A DNA stretch of 64,000 nucleotides from a virus (taxonomy: Duplodnaviria; Caudoviricetes), in IMG/VR virus record IMGVR_UViG_3300035182_001152; one strand, 5' to 3'. Position numbers and translations under genes: made by a program. The notes below the pieces were generated by a model, which had not been told where the DNA came from, searched no databases, and was given only the letters and a program-made list of their open reading frames with translations. Shown in pieces: positions 9,787-19,120 of the stretch (within the stretch, counting starts at the first letter, position 1; every line of letters begins with the position of its first letter).

Positions 9787-10142
9787 AGGAGAATATCATA
9801 GCTAGAAGAAAAAAGCCTGAGGGCGAAACTCCCGACGAAGCCGTCGTACGACACCGGCTTGAGCAGATTGCTGACAACGCAACGCGTAGTGAAAAGGTGT
9901 CCTGGGACCGCAAGATGGATAACATGGTTTCGCTGATCGCGAAACTGCGACCAATCGAAGATCAGACCCTCGATCTGATGGCACAGAAGGTTCCCATTCT
10001 CGATGAGATTGAGATCCTTCGACGTGAGATGGTTCGCGAATGCGTCCATCCATACACACACCTCGTCGATCACGAAGGTACGGTGAAGTGCAACTTCTGT
10101 TCCAAACGTTTTGGACTTGTAAATGGTGGAACGCAAACTTGA
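9780..10142 (+). CDS. hypothetical protein, possible Zn ribbon
   Basis: ECVHPYTH..KCNFC; overlaps both neighbours. Confidence 0.6.
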   Translation: MVKENIIARRKKPEGETPDEAVVRHRLEQIADNATRSEKVSWDRKMDNMVSLIAKLRPIEDQTLDLMAQKVPILDEIEILRREMVRECVHPYTHLVDHEGTVKCNFCSKRFGLVNGGTQT

Positions 10143-10665
10143 TATCTTCCGAGTCCTTGATGCAGCAGACGCCAAGGACGAGGAGTTCTTCAGGAAGCTG
10201 ACAGATGAGGAACGGAAGGGACTCCAACCGTTCCTCATCTCACGTTGGATGTCTGGTACTTCCAACGCTGCTCAGATCGTCCTAATCAACGAATTCCTCA
10301 ACCCGTACGCGTTTTCACTAACACGACACAAAGAGCTGCTTTGGCAATTGCTAACTGTTGTTAACAGCGGAAGACGGCAGCGTTATGTGTGGAATAAACT
10401 TCCTGCAAAACGTGAGTCGGGGAAGCCAAACGCCCTACGCGCTGTTCGTGAATACTACAAATACAGCACTCGAGATGCAGTTGATGCACTCGAGATTCTC
10501 TCACGCGACCAAGTTATCAACCTTGCAGAACAGCTAGGATGGCAGCCTGATGACATCGCAAAGATCAAACGTGAGTTGAAGGTTGGCAAGGAAACGGATG
10601 ATACTGAAAAGCCGGTGAAGAAAGGCAAGAAAGCCACGCCGGTAGACAACCTACTGGAATATTGA
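10123..10665 (+). CDS. clamp loader A-subunit (gp62-like)
   Basis: EERKGLQPFLISRWMS..N..HKELLWQLL pattern; near the gp44-like gene. Confidence 0.6.
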   Translation: MVERKLDIFRVLDAADAKDEEFFRKLTDEERKGLQPFLISRWMSGTSNAAQIVLINEFLNPYAFSLTRHKELLWQLLTVVNSGRRQRYVWNKLPAKRESGKPNALRAVREYYKYSTRDAVDALEILSRDQVINLAEQLGWQPDDIAKIKRELKVGKETDDTEKPVKKGKKATPVDNLLEY

Positions 10666-10926
10666 CGGAACACGTATACACCGCGAATGGTCTGCACCCA
10701 TCTCGTAACGTATTCAAGCGAAATGAAAATGGAAGCGTTGTACTAATGCTGACACGTCAGTGCTACGGGGAACCGCATTCAATTTGAAACTCTGCTGGCA
10801 TCTGATGTTGAATATCTGACAGAACACAGATGGAATGTCGACAAGTTGATCACTGAATTCTCCGTGTACGACATTAAGGTGTTGCACGATAGTTCATGGA
10901 TTGACGCTAAGTAAGGAACAACACAC

Positions 10927-11652
10927 GTGTTGAGAACAACGCTAGAGCACATGCAAAACACTCGCCGTCCCACAATCGAATCGCGGTTCACATGCCGCGC
11001 GTGCCACAAGGTGTTTGTCCTTGAGGATCGATTCCTGGCGCACGAGTGTAAGCAAATGAAACGTGAGGCAGAGCTGAAGTCTCCCGTCGGACAAATAGCT
11101 CTGCACTATTACCAGCTGTGGATGCGGGCTCAAAAACGTCTACCGCCACCAGCAGGTTCTTTCCTCGCTTCAAAGTACTTTCGCACATTCATTAACTTCG
11201 TCAAGTTCTGTCAACGTGTTGAACTGCCGCGGGTAGAGAAGTTCATTTGGCTAATGGTGACGAAGAACTATCCACCAACAATGTGGATGAACGATGATGT
11301 GTATGCGATTTACTTGGAATTCTGCGATCGAAAGACACCACCTTTGGATCAGGCGACACTATCAATCGATACGCTGATGAAGTATGCGGACACAAATGAA
11401 TTCGAGCTCCATGGGGTGTTTGATAAGATGCCAATCCAGACGATGATTCACCTGATTCAGGTGCGAAAGTTGTCCCCTTGGTTATTGCTATTCAGTAAAT
11501 CGTTCAAGAATGCATTCATCAACAGGACCAATCCTGAGCAGAAAGTGATTCTGGAACACATGATTCGGCCTGAGTATTGGCCGGACAAAATGGCGCAATA
11601 CCCTGCTGAGGTGGCTAAGATCAAGACGCTTGTCACCGCTATGGGGATCTGA
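10927..11652 (+). CDS. hypothetical protein with N-terminal C2H2-like Zn finger
   Basis: FTCRACHKVF....FLAHEC. Confidence 0.7.
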   Translation: MLRTTLEHMQNTRRPTIESRFTCRACHKVFVLEDRFLAHECKQMKREAELKSPVGQIALHYYQLWMRAQKRLPPPAGSFLASKYFRTFINFVKFCQRVELPRVEKFIWLMVTKNYPPTMWMNDDVYAIYLEFCDRKTPPLDQATLSIDTLMKYADTNEFELHGVFDKMPIQTMIHLIQVRKLSPWLLLFSKSFKNAFINRTNPEQKVILEHMIRPEYWPDKMAQYPAEVAKIKTLVTAMGI

Positions 11653-11707
11653 CGTACGGTGAGACTGCTGACATAAATAAGGTGAACACACTCTATCGAG
11701 GAACGCC

Positions 11708-13036
11708 ATGTCAGCATATCAAATCGACTTCTCAGATCCACTCAAGAATGGTTTTGCCATTTCTGATGGTAGCTTTAACGGCCCAGGTGGCTCCTCTGCA
11801 AATACATCGCTACGGTTGTATGGCCGTGGCGCACGTGAATGGGGTGAGGCAGTTGACGAGGATTTGGTCCGTCTGACTGAAAACTTCGCTGCTGCTTCAG
11901 CACCAAGCGTGCCGATTGCAGGCCAATTCTGGGTTGAATCATCTCTGTACTACCGCGACACATCGCTGGGAAGCGTTCTGCAAGGTTGGTACTTCTACGA
12001 CGTCAATTCTGTAGCAACGAACAAGTGGACACTTCTTGGAGGCACTGGCGTTGTCTCTGGTACAGCTCCTCTGTCGCCAGTTGAAGGACAGTACTACTAT
12101 GACGGTGGTGTTAACCAGCTGCAGGGCTATTTCTCACTTGGCCGCTATGAACCTCTGACATGGGTCACTCGTTCCAGCATGTCAGGTACAGGTGCTCCCG
12201 TATCGCCAGCCGTAGTCCCTCTCCAACAACTTCGTGTGTGGAACGCAGGCACAAGCGCATGGGTTTCCCCTTCTGTCACAGCTGTCACTGGTGGCACCCC
12301 ACCAGTTGGTGCTGTAGTGGGTTCGTTGTGGTTTAACACCACTACAGGTAACCTGCTTGTTTGGACGGGGGCGCAATGGCAACAACTGGTAGGTCCTGCC
12401 ATTTCTGGCGGGACATCAGCTGTCTCTGGTATTCTGAACATGAATACCTACAAGATCACCAACCTCGGCGCCCCGTCAGTTAGTACCGACGCCGCAACCA
12501 AGGGATACGTTGACAGTGTTGTTGGCGGCGTCGGTGGCTTCCTACCGCTAACAGGTGGTAGTCTGGCTGGTCCAGGCAATCTGAGTGTTGGTGGCACGTT
12601 GAACGTTGCAGGACTGGCTACTCTCGGCTCGGGCTACGTAAACTCAACGTTCTACGCTAACGTTGCTACGTTTGGTAGCACGGCAACTTTCAACTCAGGT
12701 CTGACATCTGTTGGTACAATTAACATCACCACTGGTAGCCTAAACGTCGCTGCTGGCGGCGGTAGCTTCAACGGCACGGTCAACGTGAACGGCTACAAGA
12801 TTGTCAATCTTGCAACTGGTACAAACGCCAACGACGCTGTTAACGTAGCACAAATGAATGCTGCCATTGCGGCTGGTGGTGTGGGTGCAACAACACCTGT
12901 AATCTACACCTCAGGCACTTATAAGGCTGGCGACATCTGCATTACCGGCGGTAAGATCTACATAGCAGTCGGTGGCGGTAGCGGTATCGCCCCGGGTGGT
13001 AACTGGAAACAAATCTGGCCTGCAACATACAGCTAA
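11708..13036 (+). CDS. virion structural protein (tail fibre/baseplate type)
   Basis: LYGRGAREWGEAVDEDLVRLTENFA domain, KITNL..DAATKGYVD fibre repeats, Gly/Thr-rich, CATAAATA late promoter upstream. Confidence 0.75.
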   Translation: MSAYQIDFSDPLKNGFAISDGSFNGPGGSSANTSLRLYGRGAREWGEAVDEDLVRLTENFAAASAPSVPIAGQFWVESSLYYRDTSLGSVLQGWYFYDVNSVATNKWTLLGGTGVVSGTAPLSPVEGQYYYDGGVNQLQGYFSLGRYEPLTWVTRSSMSGTGAPVSPAVVPLQQLRVWNAGTSAWVSPSVTAVTGGTPPVGAVVGSLWFNTTTGNLLVWTGAQWQQLVGPAISGGTSAVSGILNMNTYKITNLGAPSVSTDAATKGYVDSVVGGVGGFLPLTGGSLAGPGNLSVGGTLNVAGLATLGSGYVNSTFYANVATFGSTATFNSGLTSVGTINITTGSLNVAAGGGSFNGTVNVNGYKIVNLATGTNANDAVNVAQMNAAIAAGGVGATTPVIYTSGTYKAGDICITGGKIYIAVGGGSGIAPGGNWKQIWPATYS

Positions 13037-13045
13037 AGCATAAAC

Positions 13046-14455
13046 ATGCCTCAAATCTCTACAACAACATCCGTTCCATCTGGATATGTAATCAGCACGA
13101 TGCAATCAGTCATCACTGCACTGATTGCAGCAATGGCAAGCGGCCAGACGGTGTATGCGTCTGACATTCGCTCAATGAACTCGAGTGTCTATGATCTCTG
13201 GCGAACCCACGCTCACACGGTGACAGACCGCCAAGGTATCGACACTTACGGTAACTTGACCGTGTACGGTAGCGGAGGAACGTCTATCGTCAACACCGCT
13301 TCAAACCTTGCGCTTGGCGCCGTGACAACTCCCTCTGGCATCGCTGCAGATCAAGTGATTACAGCCGCAGACATCAACGTGATGATTAACATGGTCAATT
13401 CCATGCAGTCACACACCCATACGATCACTGATAGTATCGGTGCTATATACTCGTCTCCAAACATCAATTTCTATTTCAATGGTTCTCCTAATCTGATCTC
13501 GGGTACAGACAGTGATGGCACTACCGGTGGCGATTATGCGAACATAACGTTTAAGACAGACGGGACGCTATTTCCCGAGGCACGTGGCACGTATTACTAC
13601 GGTGCAGTACAAGCTAACAACTGGATGACAAACAGCCCTGTTGATGCATTAACAGCTACAGGTTACCAGATTAAGGCACACATGGTAAGCGCAGATCTGG
13701 GGTATTGTCACTGGGGTGCTGGAACGTTTGACGCATGGTTGAATCTTGGTGTTAGTAACCTTGTTTGGTCGTGGGTGCAAAACAACGCGGGCGACTACGG
13801 TCAAGCAGTTGTTCAATTCCAAATCCGCGACATTAACACGCTAACGATTCTTGTTGACACACATGTGACTTTTCAAACCGGCTTTATTGCACCACTATCA
13901 CACTGCTGCTTCCCTGCGGATTCTTTCGTCTTAATGGACGATGGTAAGTGGAAGAAGATTCAAGACGTGAAGGCGGGTGATGTTGCCATGGGTATGGGCA
14001 AGCCCGTGATGATCAACAGCGTAGAGAAGCCACGTCTAGGCGAGCGCAGGATGATGCAATTTGGCGACAAGTCGCTGGCGTGGTCAGAAGAACACGCAAT
14101 GTGGACCCGCGACAACGCAGGTTCACAGTGGTGGTGGTCTGCTAACGCTGATATGTGGCGTGCTGAAGTGAGTGTAGGCGTAATGGGCGGGTTGAAGGAC
14201 AACTCAACGATGCGCTCTGGTACCAATGTGTCTGACTGGGCTCACCTGGATGGCTGGAAGGCTAATACTGTGACTACGATCCCTGCAGACGCAACGACTC
14301 CATTGTATCTCCCACGCACGGGCGGTTCTCCTATTATCGTCAACGGCTACGTTGTTGGCGCTGGTGTTGATGAAACCGGCTTTGAGTACTCAAAGCTGGA
14401 CTGGGATGCTGTACGCGCAATGCTTCCTGTTGTTGACCCACTCCCAACAGCGTAA
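13046..14455 (+). CDS. tail-associated protein with HxH repeats and C-terminal Hint domain
   Basis: THAHTVTD and SHTHTITD motifs; CFPADSFVLMDDGKWKKIQDVKAGD..SEEH..IIVNGYVV Hint fold starting at 13907. Confidence 0.75.
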   Translation: MPQISTTTSVPSGYVISTMQSVITALIAAMASGQTVYASDIRSMNSSVYDLWRTHAHTVTDRQGIDTYGNLTVYGSGGTSIVNTASNLALGAVTTPSGIAADQVITAADINVMINMVNSMQSHTHTITDSIGAIYSSPNINFYFNGSPNLISGTDSDGTTGGDYANITFKTDGTLFPEARGTYYYGAVQANNWMTNSPVDALTATGYQIKAHMVSADLGYCHWGAGTFDAWLNLGVSNLVWSWVQNNAGDYGQAVVQFQIRDINTLTILVDTHVTFQTGFIAPLSHCCFPADSFVLMDDGKWKKIQDVKAGDVAMGMGKPVMINSVEKPRLGERRMMQFGDKSLAWSEEHAMWTRDNAGSQWWWSANADMWRAEVSVGVMGGLKDNSTMRSGTNVSDWAHLDGWKANTVTTIPADATTPLYLPRTGGSPIIVNGYVVGAGVDETGFEYSKLDWDAVRAMLPVVDPLPTA

Positions 14456-14476
14456 GGTAATAACGAGGGAACAGAT

Positions 14477-14680
14477 ATGTCAGAAAACCTAAGTACAAAA
14501 ACGACGACATCCCCTGCGGTTCCGAATGTGAACCCAGGAGACCCAATTACGTCTACCACGTTTGAAGCAATGCTGAACGTGTTGAACGAACTCGTGAACC
14601 ACACTCACATTTTCTACGACGACTACAGCACTGCGTGCAACTGTAACTGCAACTGCGCCTGTTCACGCGGCATCCTCTAA
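14477..14680 (+). CDS. Cys-rich RiPP-precursor-like peptide
   Basis: 67 aa, GAGGGA RBS, ends TACNCNCNCACSRGIL, upstream of the radical SAM genes. Confidence 0.75.
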   Translation: MSENLSTKTTTSPAVPNVNPGDPITSTTFEAMLNVLNELVNHTHIFYDDYSTACNCNCNCACSRGIL

Positions 14681-14698
14681 CAGAGGCGTTATAACCAT

Positions 14699-15595
14699 AT
14701 GAAATACATCCTTGTTCGCCAAGGAGGTAATCGTGCTTCTGCCTTCTCAGACATCGTTGAGCAGGTCAATTATCAAGACGTACCCCAGGTTGGCTTCTAC
14801 ACGCAAGTAGCACCGAGTATGCGGTTAATTCGTAACCGCACTACCGACAATCACGATTCCCCCTTTGCGATTGCCCGATTCCACGTCGACCCAGCACTGA
14901 AGGTCCAGCCTCCGTCACACTTTCGTCGAATTGACATGAGGGCTGTCGAACGGATGATGACAAACCACAAGTACGTGATATACGGTGTCGTCAATCCAAC
15001 TCACCACGTAATTGATCACACAGTCCTTGACGGTGCTGTGTACGTCGCGCGGGATGCTGACGGTAAGTTGATCAATGCCCAAACAGGAGATGTCCTTGGT
15101 GACTCCAAGGTAACGTTTATGACGGTGTTCTTTGCGTTTGTGCGCGTCAAGGGGTTGCCGATCTATCTGATGGTACTCAATCCAAATCTACTCAGTGCGA
15201 CGGATGGGTTTGATTGTTATCACGAAGAAACGGACACCAAGTGGATCATGTTGCCGGAACGTGACAACGCGCTGATCGAGCGAGTGTTTACGCCGCAAAT
15301 ATATGACGGCACGTTGATTGGTAATGTGATTGTGCGCGATGAGGGTGATGGACAGCCGATGATCCAACTGTTCAACGATCCATGCGGCATCCTGTACGAC
15401 GAAAAGCACCTTCGCTCTGATGTGTTCATTAACGGTGTCGCAACGATTGATACCAATCTAAGCGTGTTTACAATGGACGGCGCTGTCCGCATTAGCAGTC
15501 AAGGCCGTGGGTACGTTCGAATTGTATTTGACCTTGGTGACTACTTCAATCTGTCACGGACCGAACACCCTGCACTGGAGTACGTCGTACTATGA
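14699..15595 (+). CDS. hypothetical protein of the radical SAM operon
   Basis: 298 aa, ATGA-coupled to the first rSAM. Confidence 0.7.
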   Translation: MKYILVRQGGNRASAFSDIVEQVNYQDVPQVGFYTQVAPSMRLIRNRTTDNHDSPFAIARFHVDPALKVQPPSHFRRIDMRAVERMMTNHKYVIYGVVNPTHHVIDHTVLDGAVYVARDADGKLINAQTGDVLGDSKVTFMTVFFAFVRVKGLPIYLMVLNPNLLSATDGFDCYHEETDTKWIMLPERDNALIERVFTPQIYDGTLIGNVIVRDEGDGQPMIQLFNDPCGILYDEKHLRSDVFINGVATIDTNLSVFTMDGAVRISSQGRGYVRIVFDLGDYFNLSRTEHPALEYVVL

Positions 15596-17262
15596 GCACA
15601 GCTGTCATTAAGTTCTACCCAAAGCGAACACTAACGCAAGCCCAACAGCAACGGATTGTTGATCACCAACCTTCCGTGCGAATCAATGACGACGGCACAT
15701 TTGATACGTCTGTCCGCACAATCATCACCCCAAAAGGCGATGTCAAGGAGGTGTCGTATAAGACGATTCGTCCAGGTGTGCACGAGCGAATGATGAAGAC
15801 AGCTGACGTATATGACTTGTTTGAAGACCTTCAACACATGAACCTGATTGTCACAAACGCGTGTAACCTCAGTTGTTCCTACTGCTACGAGCAGCATAAC
15901 AAAGATTACGGTCGATTCACAAACGAAAGCCTAAAACAGCTATACAACTTCCTCGTCGCGTGCAACCCAAACAGCGGCAAGCTGTTTCAGTTCTTTGGTG
16001 GCGAACCCCTGATCCACAAGCAGTTGATTCTCGATTTTATCGCCAAATATCGTGACGAACTGCAGGCAAACAGTAAGACAACTGCCGTTAGCATTATCAC
16101 CAACGGTATTCTGTTAACGCCAGAATTCATCAACGAGTACTTTGCGAATGACTTCGTTTGTATGAGCGTTAGCCTCGATACGGATGATGCTGAGATTGAT
16201 CACCGTGAGATTGGCCAGGCTCGGATCGACAAAATCATCAACATGATTGGTCTAATCCCCTCGTACCACAAAGACAATCATATGGTTAGCGTCCGTTGCA
16301 CGATCGCAATGGAGAATGCTCCGCGGCTAGTTGAGTTCGCCAAACGCTTGTATGACAAGGGTCTTCGAGCAATGGTAATTCATCCGCTGACGATGAGTTC
16401 CGTTAACGGCCACATGATATGGAATACTGAAGATTGGAACAACCTCCACACTAGCGTTAGCCACATCATCAAGACGCTGCCTAACTTCGAGGTTCAATTC
16501 TCAGAGGGTGTCGGTGCCAAGGGCGGCAACAACTGCATGGTTGGTTCTGACATGATCGCTGTTGACGCGTCGGGTGATTACTCCGGTTGCCATTTCTTCA
16601 CAAACCAGAAGGAGGCGGCCGCTCATACGATCCTTGGTAACTTGCTGCTGGACCAAGTGTACGTTGACCGGTACATGAAGTTCCAAGAAACGTACGACCA
16701 GATGTTCACATCGGAGCCACAATGTCAAGCCTGCGATCTCAAGGGTTTCTGCTACCAATGCCCTGCAGGCAATTCTGATTCTGGTCGTGGCCAGCTGTTC
16801 CGGCCAGACGATATGTGCCAGAGCATTGTACGTCTGTTCCTCGAACTGCAGAATGACATCGTGCGCAAGACATTCAACGCTAAGCTACAGGAGCTGATTG
16901 GTTCTGTACAGCAGTACGGTGAACACTATGTGTTCAGTAAGGCAATTGTACACCTCCACCACTTCTACAAGAATGGTCAGCATGCCACTGACGTTCAAGT
17001 TGATCCCAACCTCCCATACGAATACCTCGCCGCCGGTTTTATGGCAACAATTACCGGTGGCGACGCTAGCGTTCCGGTTGACATCAAGAGTTTGTATGAG
17101 GCGTTGATGCGCAGTAAGGGCAAACCAGTTAACGCGAGTATGGCACAGGGTACAGCTGATGACATCAACAAGCGTATCTTCTACCTAGCCCTACTACACA
17201 TGGTTGTGCTGAACAAGAAGGGTGATGACTTGTCAAAACCGCACAAAATCATTAAGCTGTAA
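15592..17262 (+). CDS. radical SAM/SPASM enzyme 1
   Basis: CNLSCSYC, FFGGEPL, TNG; SPASM CMVG..SGCHFF..CQAC..FCYQCP..C. Confidence 0.92.
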   Translation: MSTAVIKFYPKRTLTQAQQQRIVDHQPSVRINDDGTFDTSVRTIITPKGDVKEVSYKTIRPGVHERMMKTADVYDLFEDLQHMNLIVTNACNLSCSYCYEQHNKDYGRFTNESLKQLYNFLVACNPNSGKLFQFFGGEPLIHKQLILDFIAKYRDELQANSKTTAVSIITNGILLTPEFINEYFANDFVCMSVSLDTDDAEIDHREIGQARIDKIINMIGLIPSYHKDNHMVSVRCTIAMENAPRLVEFAKRLYDKGLRAMVIHPLTMSSVNGHMIWNTEDWNNLHTSVSHIIKTLPNFEVQFSEGVGAKGGNNCMVGSDMIAVDASGDYSGCHFFTNQKEAAAHTILGNLLLDQVYVDRYMKFQETYDQMFTSEPQCQACDLKGFCYQCPAGNSDSGRGQLFRPDDMCQSIVRLFLELQNDIVRKTFNAKLQELIGSVQQYGEHYVFSKAIVHLHHFYKNGQHATDVQVDPNLPYEYLAAGFMATITGGDASVPVDIKSLYEALMRSKGKPVNASMAQGTADDINKRIFYLALLHMVVLNKKGDDLSKPHKIIKL

Positions 17263-18050
17263 TGATGAAAACAACACACATTGCATTTTACCAAGACGCT
17301 CTGTACGACTGTCCTCTTCTCCGTGGTCAGGTGCTAACCGATATCGACGACCTGCGACTGTTCATGGAATATCACGCATTCGCAGTGTGGGATTTCATGT
17401 CGCTGATCAAATCGCTCCAGAACCATATTGTACCGTCGGGCAATGTGTGGCTTCCGTCACCCGAATCGACAGCTGTTGGTCGATTGATCAACGAAATTGT
17501 CCTGTGCGAGGAAACAGACGACAACCTCGGCGGTGGTCATATTAGCCACTTCGATCTGTACATCACTGCGATGAATGAAGTTGGCGCCAACACAAAGCCG
17601 ATCCTGTCATTCATCAACAAACTGCGAACCAATCGCAAGCTCAGCTTAAACCAGTTGCTGCTAGAACTCCCTCTGCCAGCACGGAAGTTCTGTGAGAGTA
17701 CTTTTGCAGTAATTGCTACCGATCAACCCCATAAGATTGCCGGGGCGTTCGCCTTTGGTCGCGAACGGGTAATCCCGTCAATGTTCACGCAGATCCTCTC
17801 TCAGATGGAGGCCACTGGAATCCAAGCACCAAAGTTCAAGTACTACCTTGAGCGTCACATTGACGTTGACGGGAACGCACACGGCCCAGCTGCGCTTGAT
17901 ATGGTTGATTATCTGTGTGGGGATGACCCAGTCAAGCACCTGGAAGCGGAACGAGCTGCATTGGATGCAATCCACGCTCGGATCACGCTATGGAAGGACG
18001 TACAGCGAGTGATTGAAGACGTCAAGCGTGTCAAGTTTGGAGCAGCATGA
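17262..18050 (+). CDS. DUF3050 heme-oxygenase-like (HDO) diiron protein
   Basis: FMEYHAFAVWDFMSLIKSLQ, INEIVLCEETD, SHFDLY, FAFGRE, YLERHIDVD..HGP. Confidence 0.8.
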   Translation: MMKTTHIAFYQDALYDCPLLRGQVLTDIDDLRLFMEYHAFAVWDFMSLIKSLQNHIVPSGNVWLPSPESTAVGRLINEIVLCEETDDNLGGGHISHFDLYITAMNEVGANTKPILSFINKLRTNRKLSLNQLLLELPLPARKFCESTFAVIATDQPHKIAGAFAFGRERVIPSMFTQILSQMEATGIQAPKFKYYLERHIDVDGNAHGPAALDMVDYLCGDDPVKHLEAERAALDAIHARITLWKDVQRVIEDVKRVKFGAA

Positions 18051-19120
18051 CGACACCAACACTCTCCGGATGCAAGAATATCAGCATCTACCTCGGCAAT
18101 GTTTGCAACTTCAATTGCACATATTGTGACAGAGACTACATCAAGGAGTCGATCGGTGGTCAACATATGACCACCGAGGATATTCCAAAGATCGTTGAGT
18201 TCCTCCAAGCTTCTGGTATAGCTGACAACCCCCCGGAAATGTTTAGCTTCCATGGTGGTGAGCCGTTCACATACGTCAAGATCATGGACAAAATCATGGA
18301 CGCAGTAACGTCAGCTGTCCCTGGCGACTATCCGCTATACATTCAAACGAATGGTAGCCAGATGCTTCAGCATCGATGGTTCTTTGAGAAGTGGGGTAGT
18401 CGCCTTGAGATTAGCATCAGCTACGACTTCTTGTACCAAGACATTAACCGCACCCTGTTTGAGATCAACCCTACGCTGGAAATGTTGAACCAGAACGGTG
18501 TTCGTGGAATCCAGTTCCAATACGTGATGCCAATCTCTAATCCGAAGGTGTTTAGCCTATCAGCATTGAAGGCGATCACTAACTTGTGCCACAAGAACGG
18601 TGTCAAACGGGTTAACCTAATCCCACTGCGGCACATTCGGGGCAAAGACAAGTTCAAGGTGATCCTTGACGACCTTGATATTCCACAGTTCTTCGATGCG
18701 TTCATCAAGTTCATCCACATGCTGTATGTGATGAACATTGACGTTACAGTTGATGGTCACGGTGTTGGATTTGACAAGCACTATTTCTACAACCATAAGT
18801 TAATGGTGTTGTCACCAGATGGTAACATCTATCCCGAATACGACTTCCTCGAATACAAGCGCGAAGAGACGATCATCGGTCAGTGGCGAGAGCAGCAAGT
18901 TATCGAGCGTGTCCGTGATAATGAAGATGACATGCTGCAACCGAAGTGTGTTACGTGCCCATCCCGCCCACTGTGTGGGCTAAAGTACTTACATGGGATG
19001 TTTGGTACTGACCCAGCAACGGATAAGTGTGCGCAGTTCTATCAGATGCTGATGGTTACGATCCAGCACGCACAAAAACTAAAACAACAACCAAGCTTCT
19101 TGCATTGGGTCGGAATATGA
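18047..19120 (+). CDS. radical SAM/SPASM enzyme 2
   Basis: CNFNCTYC, FHGGEP, QTNG; C-terminal CVTCPSRPLCG..C. Confidence 0.9.
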   Translation: MTTPTLSGCKNISIYLGNVCNFNCTYCDRDYIKESIGGQHMTTEDIPKIVEFLQASGIADNPPEMFSFHGGEPFTYVKIMDKIMDAVTSAVPGDYPLYIQTNGSQMLQHRWFFEKWGSRLEISISYDFLYQDINRTLFEINPTLEMLNQNGVRGIQFQYVMPISNPKVFSLSALKAITNLCHKNGVKRVNLIPLRHIRGKDKFKVILDDLDIPQFFDAFIKFIHMLYVMNIDVTVDGHGVGFDKHYFYNHKLMVLSPDGNIYPEYDFLEYKREETIIGQWREQQVIERVRDNEDDMLQPKCVTCPSRPLCGLKYLHGMFGTDPATDKCAQFYQMLMVTIQHAQKLKQQPSFLHWVGI

